The translations under genes were made by a program, and so were the position numbers. Shown here one piece after another: positions 1 to 8,007 of a stretch of DNA of 44,635 nucleotides (position 1 is its first letter; each line of letters opens with the position of its first letter). The stretch comes from Thermoanaerobaculia bacterium. GTDB taxonomy: Bacteria > Acidobacteriota > Thermoanaerobaculia > Multivoradales > JAHEKO01. The notes beneath the pieces were generated by a model, which saw nothing but the letters and a program-made list of their open reading frames with translations, did not search any database and was not told the origin of the DNA. The DNA lies in contig CALZJC010000018.1 of NCBI GenBank assembly GCA_945787525.1, forward strand, positions 1-44,635, written 5' to 3'.

Positions 1-533
1 CCGTCGGCCACCATCGCCGTGGCGCCGGTAGCGTTCTCCTCGGCCGGCTGGAAGAGGAACTTGACCGTGCCCGGCAGCTCCTCGCGCACCGCCACGAGTG
101 CCTCCGCTACGCCGATCCCCACCGCCATGTGCACGTCGTGGCCGCAGATGTGCCGCACCCCGGGCGTCAGCGAAGCGATCTCCGGGATCGGATCGGGCAT
201 CATGCCCAGTGTGGCGTCCATGTCGGCCCGGAAGCCCACCACGCCCCCGGGCTGGCCGCCGCGCAGCACGGCCACGATGCCGTGTCCACCGACCCCGGTG
301 GTCACCTCGAGCCCCAGCGCCTCGAGTCGCTCGGCCAACACCTTCGCCGTACGCTCCTCCTGACCCGAGATCTCGGGATGGCGATGGAAGTCGCGGCGCA
401 GCTCGATCAGATCGTCGCGCAGCGCCTCGAGCCGGGCGGCAAGCCTGTCCACCGGAGGTGCGGAGACGGCGGGCAGCGCCACGACCGTGAGCAGTGGCAG
501 AAGCAGCGAAGCGGTGCGGCAGAGTGTCGGCAA
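1..533 (-). CDS. M20D family amidohydrolase, 3'-truncated by the window edge
   Basis: Manual minus-strand translation (absent from the ORF track because there is no stop in the window): LIELRRDFHRHPEISGQEERTA...GFRADMDA...HICGHDVH...FLFQPAEE, all M20D motifs. Probable TTG start at 533 with AGGGAGG upstream; hydrophobic N-terminus. Confidence 0.9.
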   Translation of the reverse strand, partial: MPTLCRTASLLLPLLTVVALPAVSAPPVDRLAARLEALRDDLIELRRDFHRHPEISGQEERTAKVLAERLEALGLEVTTGVGGHGIVAVLRGGQPGGVVGFRADMDATLGMMPDPIPEIASLTPGVRHICGHDVHMAVGIGVAEALVAVREELPGTVKFLFQPAEENATGATAMVAD

Positions 534-723
534 CGGGGCCTCCCTTGCGGTTCTGAGCAGACCTACGAGGAGGAGCGGCCGGGAGTTTCTGTAACGAGTT
601 GGAGCCAGGAGGGACAGAGCCCCGGGATTGTGAGGAGCCTGTGGAACAGTCGGCGCAGTACTACGTGTTGCACGAGAAACTGTGCTAATCTCGTTGCCGC
701 GCACACTGGAGATCTCGAGCGCA

Positions 724-957
724 ATGAAGACCAACGTGACCCTCAAGCTCGACGCCGACCTCCTGCGGGAGGCGAAAGTGCTCGCGGCGCGCAGAAACTC
801 CTCGGTGAGCCGCCTCCTGGCGGATCAACTGGAGAGGCTCGTGCGAAGCGAGAAGTCCTACGAGGCTGCGCAGAAGCAGGCCCTGGCCTGGCTGGCCAGT
901 GGATTCGACCTGGGCTGGACCCCGCCGAAGGATCGTGGCGAGCTCCATGAGCGCTAG
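724..957 (+). CDS. Ribbon-helix-helix (CopG-like) antitoxin
   Basis: MKTNVTLKLDADLLREAKVLAARRNSSVSRLL beta-helix-helix pattern; C-terminal RGELHER; overlaps the downstream PIN gene. Confidence 0.85.
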   Translation: MKTNVTLKLDADLLREAKVLAARRNSSVSRLLADQLERLVRSEKSYEAAQKQALAWLASGFDLGWTPPKDRGELHER

Positions 958-1369
958 CTACTTCGTCGACACCAACGTTCTGGTCTACGCCCACGATCGC
1001 GATTCGGGCCGCAAGCACCGCCAGGCCACGAAGCTTCTCGAGGAGCTGTGGCGGGACCGTTCGGGTGTGCTCAGCACCCAGGTATTGCAGGAGTTCTACG
1101 TCAACATCAGTCGCAGAGTCGAACGGCCTCTTTCCCGGACAAAGGCCAGCCGGCTGCTGAATGTCTATCTGTCATGGGCGGTAATCGTGAACGACGGAAC
1201 CTCCATCCTCGAAGCCCTCGATCTGGAGCGCCGCTACCGGCTCTCCTTCTGGGACGCCCTGATCGTTCAGGCGGCAAACCGCGCCGCAGCCAGCGCGCTC
1301 TACTCAGAGGACCTCAGCCACGGGCAGCTCTACGGCGCGGTGCCCGTGATCAACCCATTCCTCGACTGA
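947..1369 (+). CDS. PIN-domain (VapC-like) toxin
   Basis: FVDTNVLVYA, STQVLQEF, SFWDALIV and LYSED PIN motifs; ATG at 947 lies inside the antitoxin 3' end. Confidence 0.92.
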   Translation: MSASYFVDTNVLVYAHDRDSGRKHRQATKLLEELWRDRSGVLSTQVLQEFYVNISRRVERPLSRTKASRLLNVYLSWAVIVNDGTSILEALDLERRYRLSFWDALIVQAANRAAASALYSEDLSHGQLYGAVPVINPFLD

Positions 1370-1413
1370 GTTGCCCGGCAGGGCGGCCCCACGAGCGTTA
1401 TGCTGGACACCGC

Positions 1414-1503
1414 GGAGGGGTGGCTGAGTGGTCGAAAGCACCGGTCTTGAAAACCGGCGTCGGTTCACGCCGACCGTGGGTTCGAATCCCACCCCCTCCG
1501 CCA
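1414..1503 (+). tRNA. tRNA-Ser(TGA)
   Basis: GGAGGGG acceptor stem pairs with CCCCTCC, followed by G-CCA; D-arm GCTGAGTGGTCGAAAGC; anticodon stem CCGGT/ACCGG with loop CTTGAAA; long variable arm; GGTTCGAATCC T-loop. Confidence 0.97.
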
Positions 1504-1785
1504 GATAAGCTCCAGTTTCAAATGCACTTACAGCTTACCTGCGTCGTCGTTCAAGACTGTCCTTTCGGCACCACCCAGAGCTTCGTTGCACTGATCGAAG
1601 GACACCTACCTCCCGACGATGTGGCTGGGTAGCCTTCCCCCTTGACTGAGGCTCTGACGGCCGTGGCCGCCCCGAAGGACCGAGGACAGGGCTGAGCCCG
1701 GCGCGGAGCAGATCGGCCCCTTGAGCGGCGGCCAGCGGCCCTGAGACGGGGCTGAACTAAGTGCAGCTGGGTCTTGCGGGACCGC

Positions 1786-2442
1786 CTACTCGTCCGAGGT
1801 CACTTCGGCAAATACGCTCGCTGCCCACTCCCGGTCGATCTCCACCCAGCCGGTCTGGTCTTCCTCGCCCTGCGAAAGTGAATCGAGGAGTCTCTCGCCT
1901 GCCAACGACAGTGAAGCCCACGGCACACTGAGCCCTTGGCTCTCCTCGTTCACCAAGTGAGCGAACTGGACAGTCGTCTCCTCGTCGGATTCGTGGAGGC
2001 CGTCGTAGAGGAGTTCTCCTTCTTGGAAGGACGGCTCCTGGAGGCGGATCAAGAGCTTCGAGAGTTCGGTGACCCTATCGTCGAGTCCATCGTCGAAGAT
2101 CGAGATCTTCTCTATCAGCTCGTTGAAGCTCCGGACACGTCGCCTCATCAGGGAATCTGTGAAGACGCTCATCGGCCCGGACAGGAATGGGTCTTCGGGG
2201 ACGGGGTCGTCACCAGGCAGAAGCCAGATCATGAACTGCTGGTTCATGTCGTGGAAGAGCATCGGCCCGACCACTTCCGCCGTCTCGCCGCACTTCGAGC
2301 AGCAGAACGTCGTCAGTTCCCTGGAGAGGAGTTTCTCCTTGAGTTCAGGATCGAGTGAGACGTTCACGCTGTCGTAGTGCGTGAACGGCTGCTCGTGGCC
2401 GCAGCCGGGACAGGAGAGGTTGTCCTCAGAGAATCGGGTCAT
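1786..2442 (-). CDS. CpXC domain-containing protein
   Basis: CPGCG...SVNVSLDPELKEKLL...FCCSKCG...LFHD...ELIEKISIFDDGLDDR pattern typical of CpXC proteins. Confidence 0.8.
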   Translation of the reverse strand: MTRFSEDNLSCPGCGHEQPFTHYDSVNVSLDPELKEKLLSRELTTFCCSKCGETAEVVGPMLFHDMNQQFMIWLLPGDDPVPEDPFLSGPMSVFTDSLMRRRVRSFNELIEKISIFDDGLDDRVTELSKLLIRLQEPSFQEGELLYDGLHESDEETTVQFAHLVNEESQGLSVPWASLSLAGERLLDSLSQGEEDQTGWVEIDREWAASVFAEVTSDE

Positions 2443-2449
2443 GGCTCAG

Positions 2450-2788
2450 CTAGTCCTCGTGGAAGTTGGCGACCGCCTCGTTCTCGTCATCGAAGACCTC
2501 AGGGAACTCCACCTGTGCAACCGCTAAGATCTCCTTCAGCTCGCTGGGGAGGTGGACCACGCTGAGCGTCGCTCCGCGCTGGACGAGACCGCCATAGCAG
2601 GCGACCAACTCCCCGAGGAACAGGCTGTCCGAGGAAGTCACTCCCTGAAGATCCAGCAGGATCTTCTTGTCGCCCGAGTCGATCAATGTCGAGAACAGCT
2701 CGCGGAGCGCACCGGAGTTCGAGTCACCGACTCTGCCCCGAACATCGACAACTGTGACGCCTTGCCGTTTTCGTCTCGTTACCTTCAT
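2450..2788 (-). CDS. STAS-domain anti-sigma factor antagonist
   Basis: VTVVDVRGRV...ILLDLQGVTSSDS...EVFDDENEAVANF; 112 aa. Confidence 0.85.
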   Translation of the reverse strand: MKVTRRKRQGVTVVDVRGRVGDSNSGALRELFSTLIDSGDKKILLDLQGVTSSDSLFLGELVACYGGLVQRGATLSVVHLPSELKEILAVAQVEFPEVFDDENEAVANFHED

Positions 2789-2826
2789 CTCTCGGGCTGG
2801 CCTTCGGTCGGCTCTAGTATGAACCC

Positions 2827-3672
2827 ATGAGACTCGCCTGGGCGACAGATCTGCATCTCGATTCCGTCGAGCGATCCGACGTTGATCGGTTTTGCAGCGA
2901 TGTACTGGCGTCTGATGTGGCCGGACTGCTCCTTGGAGGCGACATCTCTCAGGCGCGGGACCTGGTCCACTGGCTGGAGTTCTTGGATTCTCAGCTTGAG
3001 CTTCCGATCTACTTCGTTCTCGGGAACCACGACTACTACGGCAGCGACATCTCGGCCGTCCGGTGTCGGGTGGCTGGTCTAGCGTCGCCGACGCTCCTTT
3101 GGCTCCCTTCGACTGGCTGCCTCACGCTGACCGAGAACGTCGTCCTGGTCGGGCACGGAGGGTGGGGAGACTGCCGCATCGGCGATACCGACAACTTCGA
3201 GATCTTGACCGACTACCTTGCGATCAGAGATCTCAGCGAGACGGTTGAGCGCCAGGATCTGCTCACCGGTTTCTCGGTCAGGGCTCCGCTCCGGCAGAGG
3301 TTGGCGTCACTCGGGGATGATGCTGCGGGTACGTTGCGGCCCCATCTGCTCGAAGCGGCTCAACCCGGCAAGACCGTGTTGGTCCTGACGCATGTGCCCC
3401 CTTATCGAGAGTCCTGCTGGCACCGGGGAAGGATTTCGGATGAGACTTGGCTTCCTGGCTTCACTTGCAGGGCTGTAGGTGATCTCCTGACGGAGGTGGC
3501 CGCCGAGATCCCGGAGTCGAAGTTCACGGTGCTCTGCGGCCACTCGCACGGGACCGGCTACGTGCGGATGCAGGACAACCTGGAGGTCTACACGGCGGAG
3601 GCAGAGTACGGGCGCGTCTTCTTCCGGATCGTGGAGTTGATTGGTCGAGAGGTGGCCCTCAGAGCCCCGTGA
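2827..3672 (+). CDS. Calcineurin-like metallophosphoesterase
   Basis: DLH, GGDI, GNHD, THVPP and GHSH motifs. Confidence 0.9.
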   Translation: MRLAWATDLHLDSVERSDVDRFCSDVLASDVAGLLLGGDISQARDLVHWLEFLDSQLELPIYFVLGNHDYYGSDISAVRCRVAGLASPTLLWLPSTGCLTLTENVVLVGHGGWGDCRIGDTDNFEILTDYLAIRDLSETVERQDLLTGFSVRAPLRQRLASLGDDAAGTLRPHLLEAAQPGKTVLVLTHVPPYRESCWHRGRISDETWLPGFTCRAVGDLLTEVAAEIPESKFTVLCGHSHGTGYVRMQDNLEVYTAEAEYGRVFFRIVELIGREVALRAP

Positions 3673-3711
3673 CAAGCGCCGGATCGAGGTTGTCTGTCAC
3701 CCGGTCAGCTC

Positions 3712-4677
3712 CTAATCAAGGCCGTCGCCGCTCAGAAAATACAGGCTCCCGGACTTCCGGAGTTCTCCATCAGTGCAAGCTCGCTCGAAGGCCGCCAGTA
3801 CATCATCTTCTGATTCAAACCCGTACTCGGACAGCCGACCCCGGACAAACTGTGTCAGAAAGCCGGGATCTATCCCATCGATCTCGCCGTTGTCTCCGAA
3901 ATCGAAGTCGACCCGGCTCTGAGGACCTTCGACGAGGCAGCCGTACCCATGCTTCATGTATCGCCTCCCGTCCGGGAGCCAACCCGACTGCGGAGAGCAC
4001 GAAAACAGGGCCGCCCACTCGATGTTGCTTGTGGGGCGGAGAACGCCAGCGACTTCGAGAAGCCGGACAGCTTCAGCTACCGCCCGTCGATAGTCTGCGA
4101 TCAACCGTTGAAATCCAGCGTCCATCTCTAGTGGTCCGACGCCGCCGGATCGAGATTGCCTGTCACCAGTCGGTTTGTGGAGAGCTTCTAGAGCTTCCTC
4201 GCGGCTGTCGTAGAACCTCATCAAGGGGCCGACAGAATGGGGGAGTACAGAAAGCGGAGGTAGCTTCAGGACCCCGACAATCGCTGCTTCTCGGTGCCTA
4301 GCCTCGACGACTGCCTGCGCCGGATCACCCAACGCTTCTGAGTCGAAGTGAGTCTCTTGACTGAGGTCTAGGACGATGAGAGGAGCCTCATCGTTCGAGA
4401 CAGGAGGCGGAGGTGGAGGTAGCCTCAGGACCCCGACAATCGCTGCTTCGCGGTGCCTAGCCTCGACGACAGCCTGCGCCAGGTCGCCCAACGCTGCTAA
4501 GTCGAAGTGAGTCGCTTGACGGAGGTCTACGACGATGCGACGAGCCCCATCGTTCAAGACCCCCGTCACGGAGTCCTCAATGGAGGCGGGCGACTGGTGG
4601 GAGAGATCCCCACTGACGTTAATGACCACCACGTCATCGAGGTGCTCGATTCGGATTGTTGCTGTCTGTCGGCTCAT
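3712..4677 (-). CDS. STAS-like protein with internal duplication, fused to a DUF6896-like C-terminal domain
   Basis: N-terminus has VVVINVSGDL...IVVDL...FYDSREEAL (STAS-like); C-terminus has KHGYGC...VDFDFGDNGEIDG (recalled as DUF6896). Start chosen at ATG 4677. Confidence 0.6.
   Translation of the reverse strand: MSRQTATIRIEHLDDVVVINVSGDLSHQSPASIEDSVTGVLNDGARRIVVDLRQATHFDLAALGDLAQAVVEARHREAAIVGVLRLPPPPPPVSNDEAPLIVLDLSQETHFDSEALGDPAQAVVEARHREAAIVGVLKLPPLSVLPHSVGPLMRFYDSREEALEALHKPTGDRQSRSGGVGPLEMDAGFQRLIADYRRAVAEAVRLLEVAGVLRPTSNIEWAALFSCSPQSGWLPDGRRYMKHGYGCLVEGPQSRVDFDFGDNGEIDGIDPGFLTQFVRGRLSEYGFESEDDVLAAFERACTDGELRKSGSLYFLSGDGLD
4256..4560. repeat. Intragenic direct repeat, ~146 bp x2, period 159 bp
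   Basis: 4256-4401 aligns with 4415-4560 (e.g. CAGGACCCCGACAATCGCTGCTTC occurs in both); the protein repeats AQAVVEARHREAAIVGVL. Confidence 0.95.
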
Positions 4678-4876
4678 CGGAGCCTGAGACGAGTGTAACG
4701 CCCCGCGTTCCCGAGTGACCACAAGGGCATGGACCCCGATCTCTACCGGCCCCGCTTCCTCCTCGCCGCCCTGCGGAAGATCCACGCCCCGCCCGCCACC
4801 GAGAGGCGGCTGCTGGCCGCGTTCAGGAGGCGGTGACGGAATGCAATGCGGTGACAGGGTGACGGAATGACGGAAT

Positions 4877-5057
4877 GCGGTGACAGGCTACTCATTGAGG
4901 CCGAGGTTTGCGGCCCGTGGTATCAAACTGGGGAGCACGTCAGCGCACCGCGCTGCGTCACGCGGCACCCCTGGAATGACGACTCGGCAAAGCGAGCCAT
5001 CGTTTGGATGGACGGAAACGGACGTCGGCTCTTGGGTAATGAGTAGCCTGTCACCGC
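4877..5057. mobile_element. 181-bp non-autonomous element with 20-bp TIRs (copy 1), Y1/RAYT transposase-derived
   Basis: GCGGTGACAGGCTACTCATT (4877-4896) and its exact reverse complement (5038-5057). The minus-strand interior reads MARFA(R)VVIPGVP//VTQRG from ATG at 5000. Confidence 0.85.
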
Positions 5058-5394
5058 TGTCCCGCCCAGCGTTTCGTCTTGCCGCCGGTCTGCCGTAGCG
5101 CGCCGACCCCGGCGACCGGCGCAATTGGCGGCGGCAGAGCCAGCGCCGCACTGGCTCGACTCCGCGCCGGCGACGCAGGCGGAGACGTGTGCGCACTGGG
5201 GTAGCCCGCCGCAGGGGTCTCAGATGGAGCCAGAGCGGGTGGTGGCGGGATGGCTTCCCGGATGGGCTAGAATTCGGGCCAGTTAGCGCAAAAAGGAGGT
5301 CATCGTGCGGGGCAGAGGGGCCGGTCCGCTTGTTCTTGGTTTCGTTCTCGCCGGACACGTTGCTACGCAGAGGTCGGTAGACGGCGGTTAGTCG

Positions 5395-6351
5395 ATGGCT
5401 CCCTCGCGTCTCCTCGTCTCGGTACTCCTGCTGGGTGGGCTGCTCTTGCCGCAGGAAGCGGAGCTCGACGGCTTCAGATTACTGGTTGAAGCGGCGCGGC
5501 TGCTGGGCGACGCAGGCCTCGGCGGGCCGATCTGGCTCGACCCCGAGGGCAACCCGTTGCCGTTCGTCACCGACGCGGAAGTGGTCGACTTCCTGGCCAC
5601 CGCACGGGTGATCGACAGGCGGGAAATCGGGCACGGGATCACCAACCCCGAGCAGCTGCTCTTGGAGCGCGACGGCACTCGCGCCCATGCGGTCTTCCAC
5701 GACGTCAACGTCCACAAGACGCGGCAGCAACTGGACGGCCAGCTGGTGATGTTCTTCCGTGACAGCTACACCAATAACGTGGCCGCCTATGAGCTGAGCC
5801 GGCTGCTGGGGATCACCAACGTGCCACCGGCAGTGGTCCGAAAGGTCGGCTCCAACAAAGGCTCGGTCCAGATGTGGCTCGAGCAAGCGATCGAGGAGGT
5901 CGAACGCCGCCAGCGAGGTATCAATCCGCCGGGGACCTGGCGTCTGGCGGGGGCGGACATGTGGGTCTTCGACAACCTGATCAACAACATCGATCGCACT
6001 CAGGAGAACTTCGTCTACGATTCGCAGTGGAACCTCTGGTACATCGACCACACCCGAGCCTTCGGCCGCGGGCGCCGGCTTCCCAGCCCTGAGCGTGTGA
6101 AGCGCTGCTCGCGCCGCCTCTGGCAGGCGTTACGAGAACTGGACGAAGCCGAGGTGCGGAGGGTGCTGCAGCCCTATCTGGGCACCTACGAGATCGCCGG
6201 CGTCCTGCATCGGCACCAGCGGCTGCTCACGCTGATCGAAGAGAGGATCGCCCAGCGGGGAGAGGAGCGGGTTCTGTTCAGCTATCGGGACCCCCGGCCG
6301 CCCGTAGTCGTGCAGACCGAGAACGTGGATATCCCGGCGCCGCCGCCTTAG
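5395..6351 (+). CDS. Exported atypical kinase-like protein (PI3/4K-, HipA- or Fam20-like motifs)
   Basis: Signal-peptide-like N-terminus; AAYELSRLLGITNVPP, GSVQMWLE, FDNLINNIDR, WYIDHTRAF. Confidence 0.65.
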   Translation: MAPSRLLVSVLLLGGLLLPQEAELDGFRLLVEAARLLGDAGLGGPIWLDPEGNPLPFVTDAEVVDFLATARVIDRREIGHGITNPEQLLLERDGTRAHAVFHDVNVHKTRQQLDGQLVMFFRDSYTNNVAAYELSRLLGITNVPPAVVRKVGSNKGSVQMWLEQAIEEVERRQRGINPPGTWRLAGADMWVFDNLINNIDRTQENFVYDSQWNLWYIDHTRAFGRGRRLPSPERVKRCSRRLWQALRELDEAEVRRVLQPYLGTYEIAGVLHRHQRLLTLIEERIAQRGEERVLFSYRDPRPPVVVQTENVDIPAPPP

Positions 6352-6463
6352 CTAAACCGGCTGCGGGTTCTACTCGCTGCCGTGCGCGAGCCGACCCCAA
6401 CGCCAGAATCCGACTGGCAGACACTGGCCGAGTTCAAGCGGCCGTGACCGAGGTTTGCGGAAT

Positions 6464-6645
6464 GCGGTGACAGGCTACTCATTGGGGCCGAGGTTTGCAG
6501 CCCGTGGTGTCAAACTGAGGAGCACGTCAGGGCACCGCGCTGCGTCACGCGGCACCCCTGGAACGACGAGTCGGGCAAAGCGAGTCGTCGTTTGGATGGA
6601 CGGAAACGGTCGTCGGCTCTTGGCTAATGAGTAGCCTGTCACCGC
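6464..6645. mobile_element. 182-bp TIR element (copy 2), same orientation as copy 1
   Basis: Identical 20-bp TIRs (6464-6483, 6626-6645); interior near-identical to copy 1. Confidence 0.85.
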
Positions 6646-7005
6646 TGTCAGCGCAGGTGAATCCTGCAAACCAGATGGTCGCGGGCTGGTCACACACAAG
6701 GGGCAATCGAGGCGGGAACACCCTGGCGGGGAGTTCACATCTTTGCCTGCCGAGGCGGTTGATCAGTGACAGCCATGACAGTCGAACAGGCTACTCGCCA
6801 GCTCGATGCATGGTGTTCCGAGAGCCAGGGAACCAGACCACTCGAGCTGGATCCCGGACTGAGGCTCACAACAGAACGGGGTTGGACCATGAGCCACGGG
6901 GCACCTGGCCACGGGAGGTCCGGGCTATCCGAGATCTCGACTGATATGGGCGACTTATCGGACTTGATACCTCACCTGGCTTGGCGAGCCGGGGCCGCCC
7001 GGGGC

Positions 7006-7329
7006 CTAGCGAATCCGTAAGTGGGCGTCGTTTGCGCCGCGGGGCACAGGAATGGCTTTAACGCGACGCCCGCTGCGGGTCCACCACGCTTTGACGATTC
7101 GGCCCCGGCCTCCGACCACCAGCCAGGCAAGGTGAACGTCATTGGCACCTGGCGGCGCTAGATTGGGACGGCCGATGTTCCTGCGATCTCGCGTGAACTG
7201 AAGGATCGCGCGCACGACAATCGGCTTCTTCGCCGGCTTCTTGGCAACCCTCTTCTGCGCGACCTTCTTCTTGGCGACCTTCTTCTTGGCGGTCTTCTTC
7301 TTGGTGGCTCGCTTCTTGGCTGCTGGCAT
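7006..7329 (-). CDS. Small basic protein: Lys/Ala-rich N-terminus plus a duplicated GANDxHL motif
   Basis: ATG at 7329 with GAAAGGGG RBS; MPAAKKRATKKKTAKKKVAKKKVAQKRVAKKPAKKP; PPGANDVHL and PRGANDAHL. Confidence 0.7.
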   Translation of the reverse strand: MPAAKKRATKKKTAKKKVAKKKVAQKRVAKKPAKKPIVVRAILQFTRDRRNIGRPNLAPPGANDVHLAWLVVGGRGRIVKAWWTRSGRRVKAIPVPRGANDAHLRIR

Positions 7330-7569
7330 TCGAGCACCCCTTTCGGTTTTGATCACGCAGTCGCTCTCTGCGTAGTGCGCAATCAAGTATGTACTCACCA
7401 CACTATAGAGCTTCGACATGCAGGACGCCATGCGCGGCTGGCCGGGCTGTAGGTGCATCTGGCCTCCTCGATGTCGAAGCCCACCTGACCGGCGAGGTCG
7501 ATCTGCGGTTCAAAGCGGACTTCTTCCCACTCAAGCGTTTCGCCGACGCCAGCGCGCAAGCGGGGCCGA

Positions 7570-7659
7570 CAAGGTCCCACCCCAACAAGGTCCCACCCTC
7601 AAGAAGGTTCCACCCGAGTACCCCCAAGAAGGTTCCAAGAAAGGTCCCACCCGAGTACC
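7570..7659. repeat. Irregular tandem array of AAGGTYCC-core fragments
   Basis: Cores at 7571, 7587, 7604, 7629 and 7641; longest unit CAAGAAGGTYCCACCCGAGTACC. Confidence 0.85.
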
Positions 7660-7698
7660 GGAGCAGTCGGCTCGGCGAGTCTGGAATGCGGTTGAAAT

Positions 7699-7859
7699 GC
7701 GGTGACGGGCTAGTCATTGGGGCCGAGGTTTGCGGTCCGCGGCATCAAACTGGAATGCGGTGACAGGCTACTCATTGGGGCCAAGGTTTGCAGCCCGCGG
7801 TGTCAAACTGGGGAGCACGTCAGGGCACCGCGCTGCGTCACGCGGTACCCCTGGAACGA
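7699..7859. mobile_element. Truncated tandem copies of the TIR element (copy 3)
   Basis: A degenerate left end (7699-7752) is followed 58 bp later by a perfect left end (7757-7776) and interior sequence to ~7859; no right TIR. Confidence 0.8.
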
Positions 7860-8007
7860 GGACCCCATGCGGCCATTTCAACCCTTCCTGCCTGACCCAG
7901 CCACCTAATCCATCCAGGCCGACCCAGACCCTTACCCGGCCAACTTAGGTCGTTTCAACTGGCGTCTTGCCCTGAAACGGCGGCAAGGCGGCGTGTTGAG
8001 GGGCCAG

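Noticed and set aside
129-950. Plus-strand ORFs over 19-950
   Set aside because: The real gene at 1-533 is the minus-strand M20 amidohydrolase, and the antitoxin starts at 724.
4888-5358. ORFs ending AANLGLNE / AANLGPNE (also 6475-6738) as a small protein family
   Set aside because: The shared sequence comes from reading through the repeat element; the copies differ by frameshifts.
6766-7020. 84-aa ORF, and an ACAGGCTACTC match to the TIR near 6787
   Set aside because: No recognisable family; the 11-bp match may be chance or a very decayed end, so it was not called.
7570-7659. Possible CRISPR array
   Set aside because: Units are of irregular length with no unique ~30-nt spacers, and no cas genes are present in the window.
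4877-7859. Possible integron attC array
   Set aside because: The ends are perfect 20-bp TIRs without the RYYYAAC/GTTRRRY core, the interior is transposase-derived, and no integron integrase is present.
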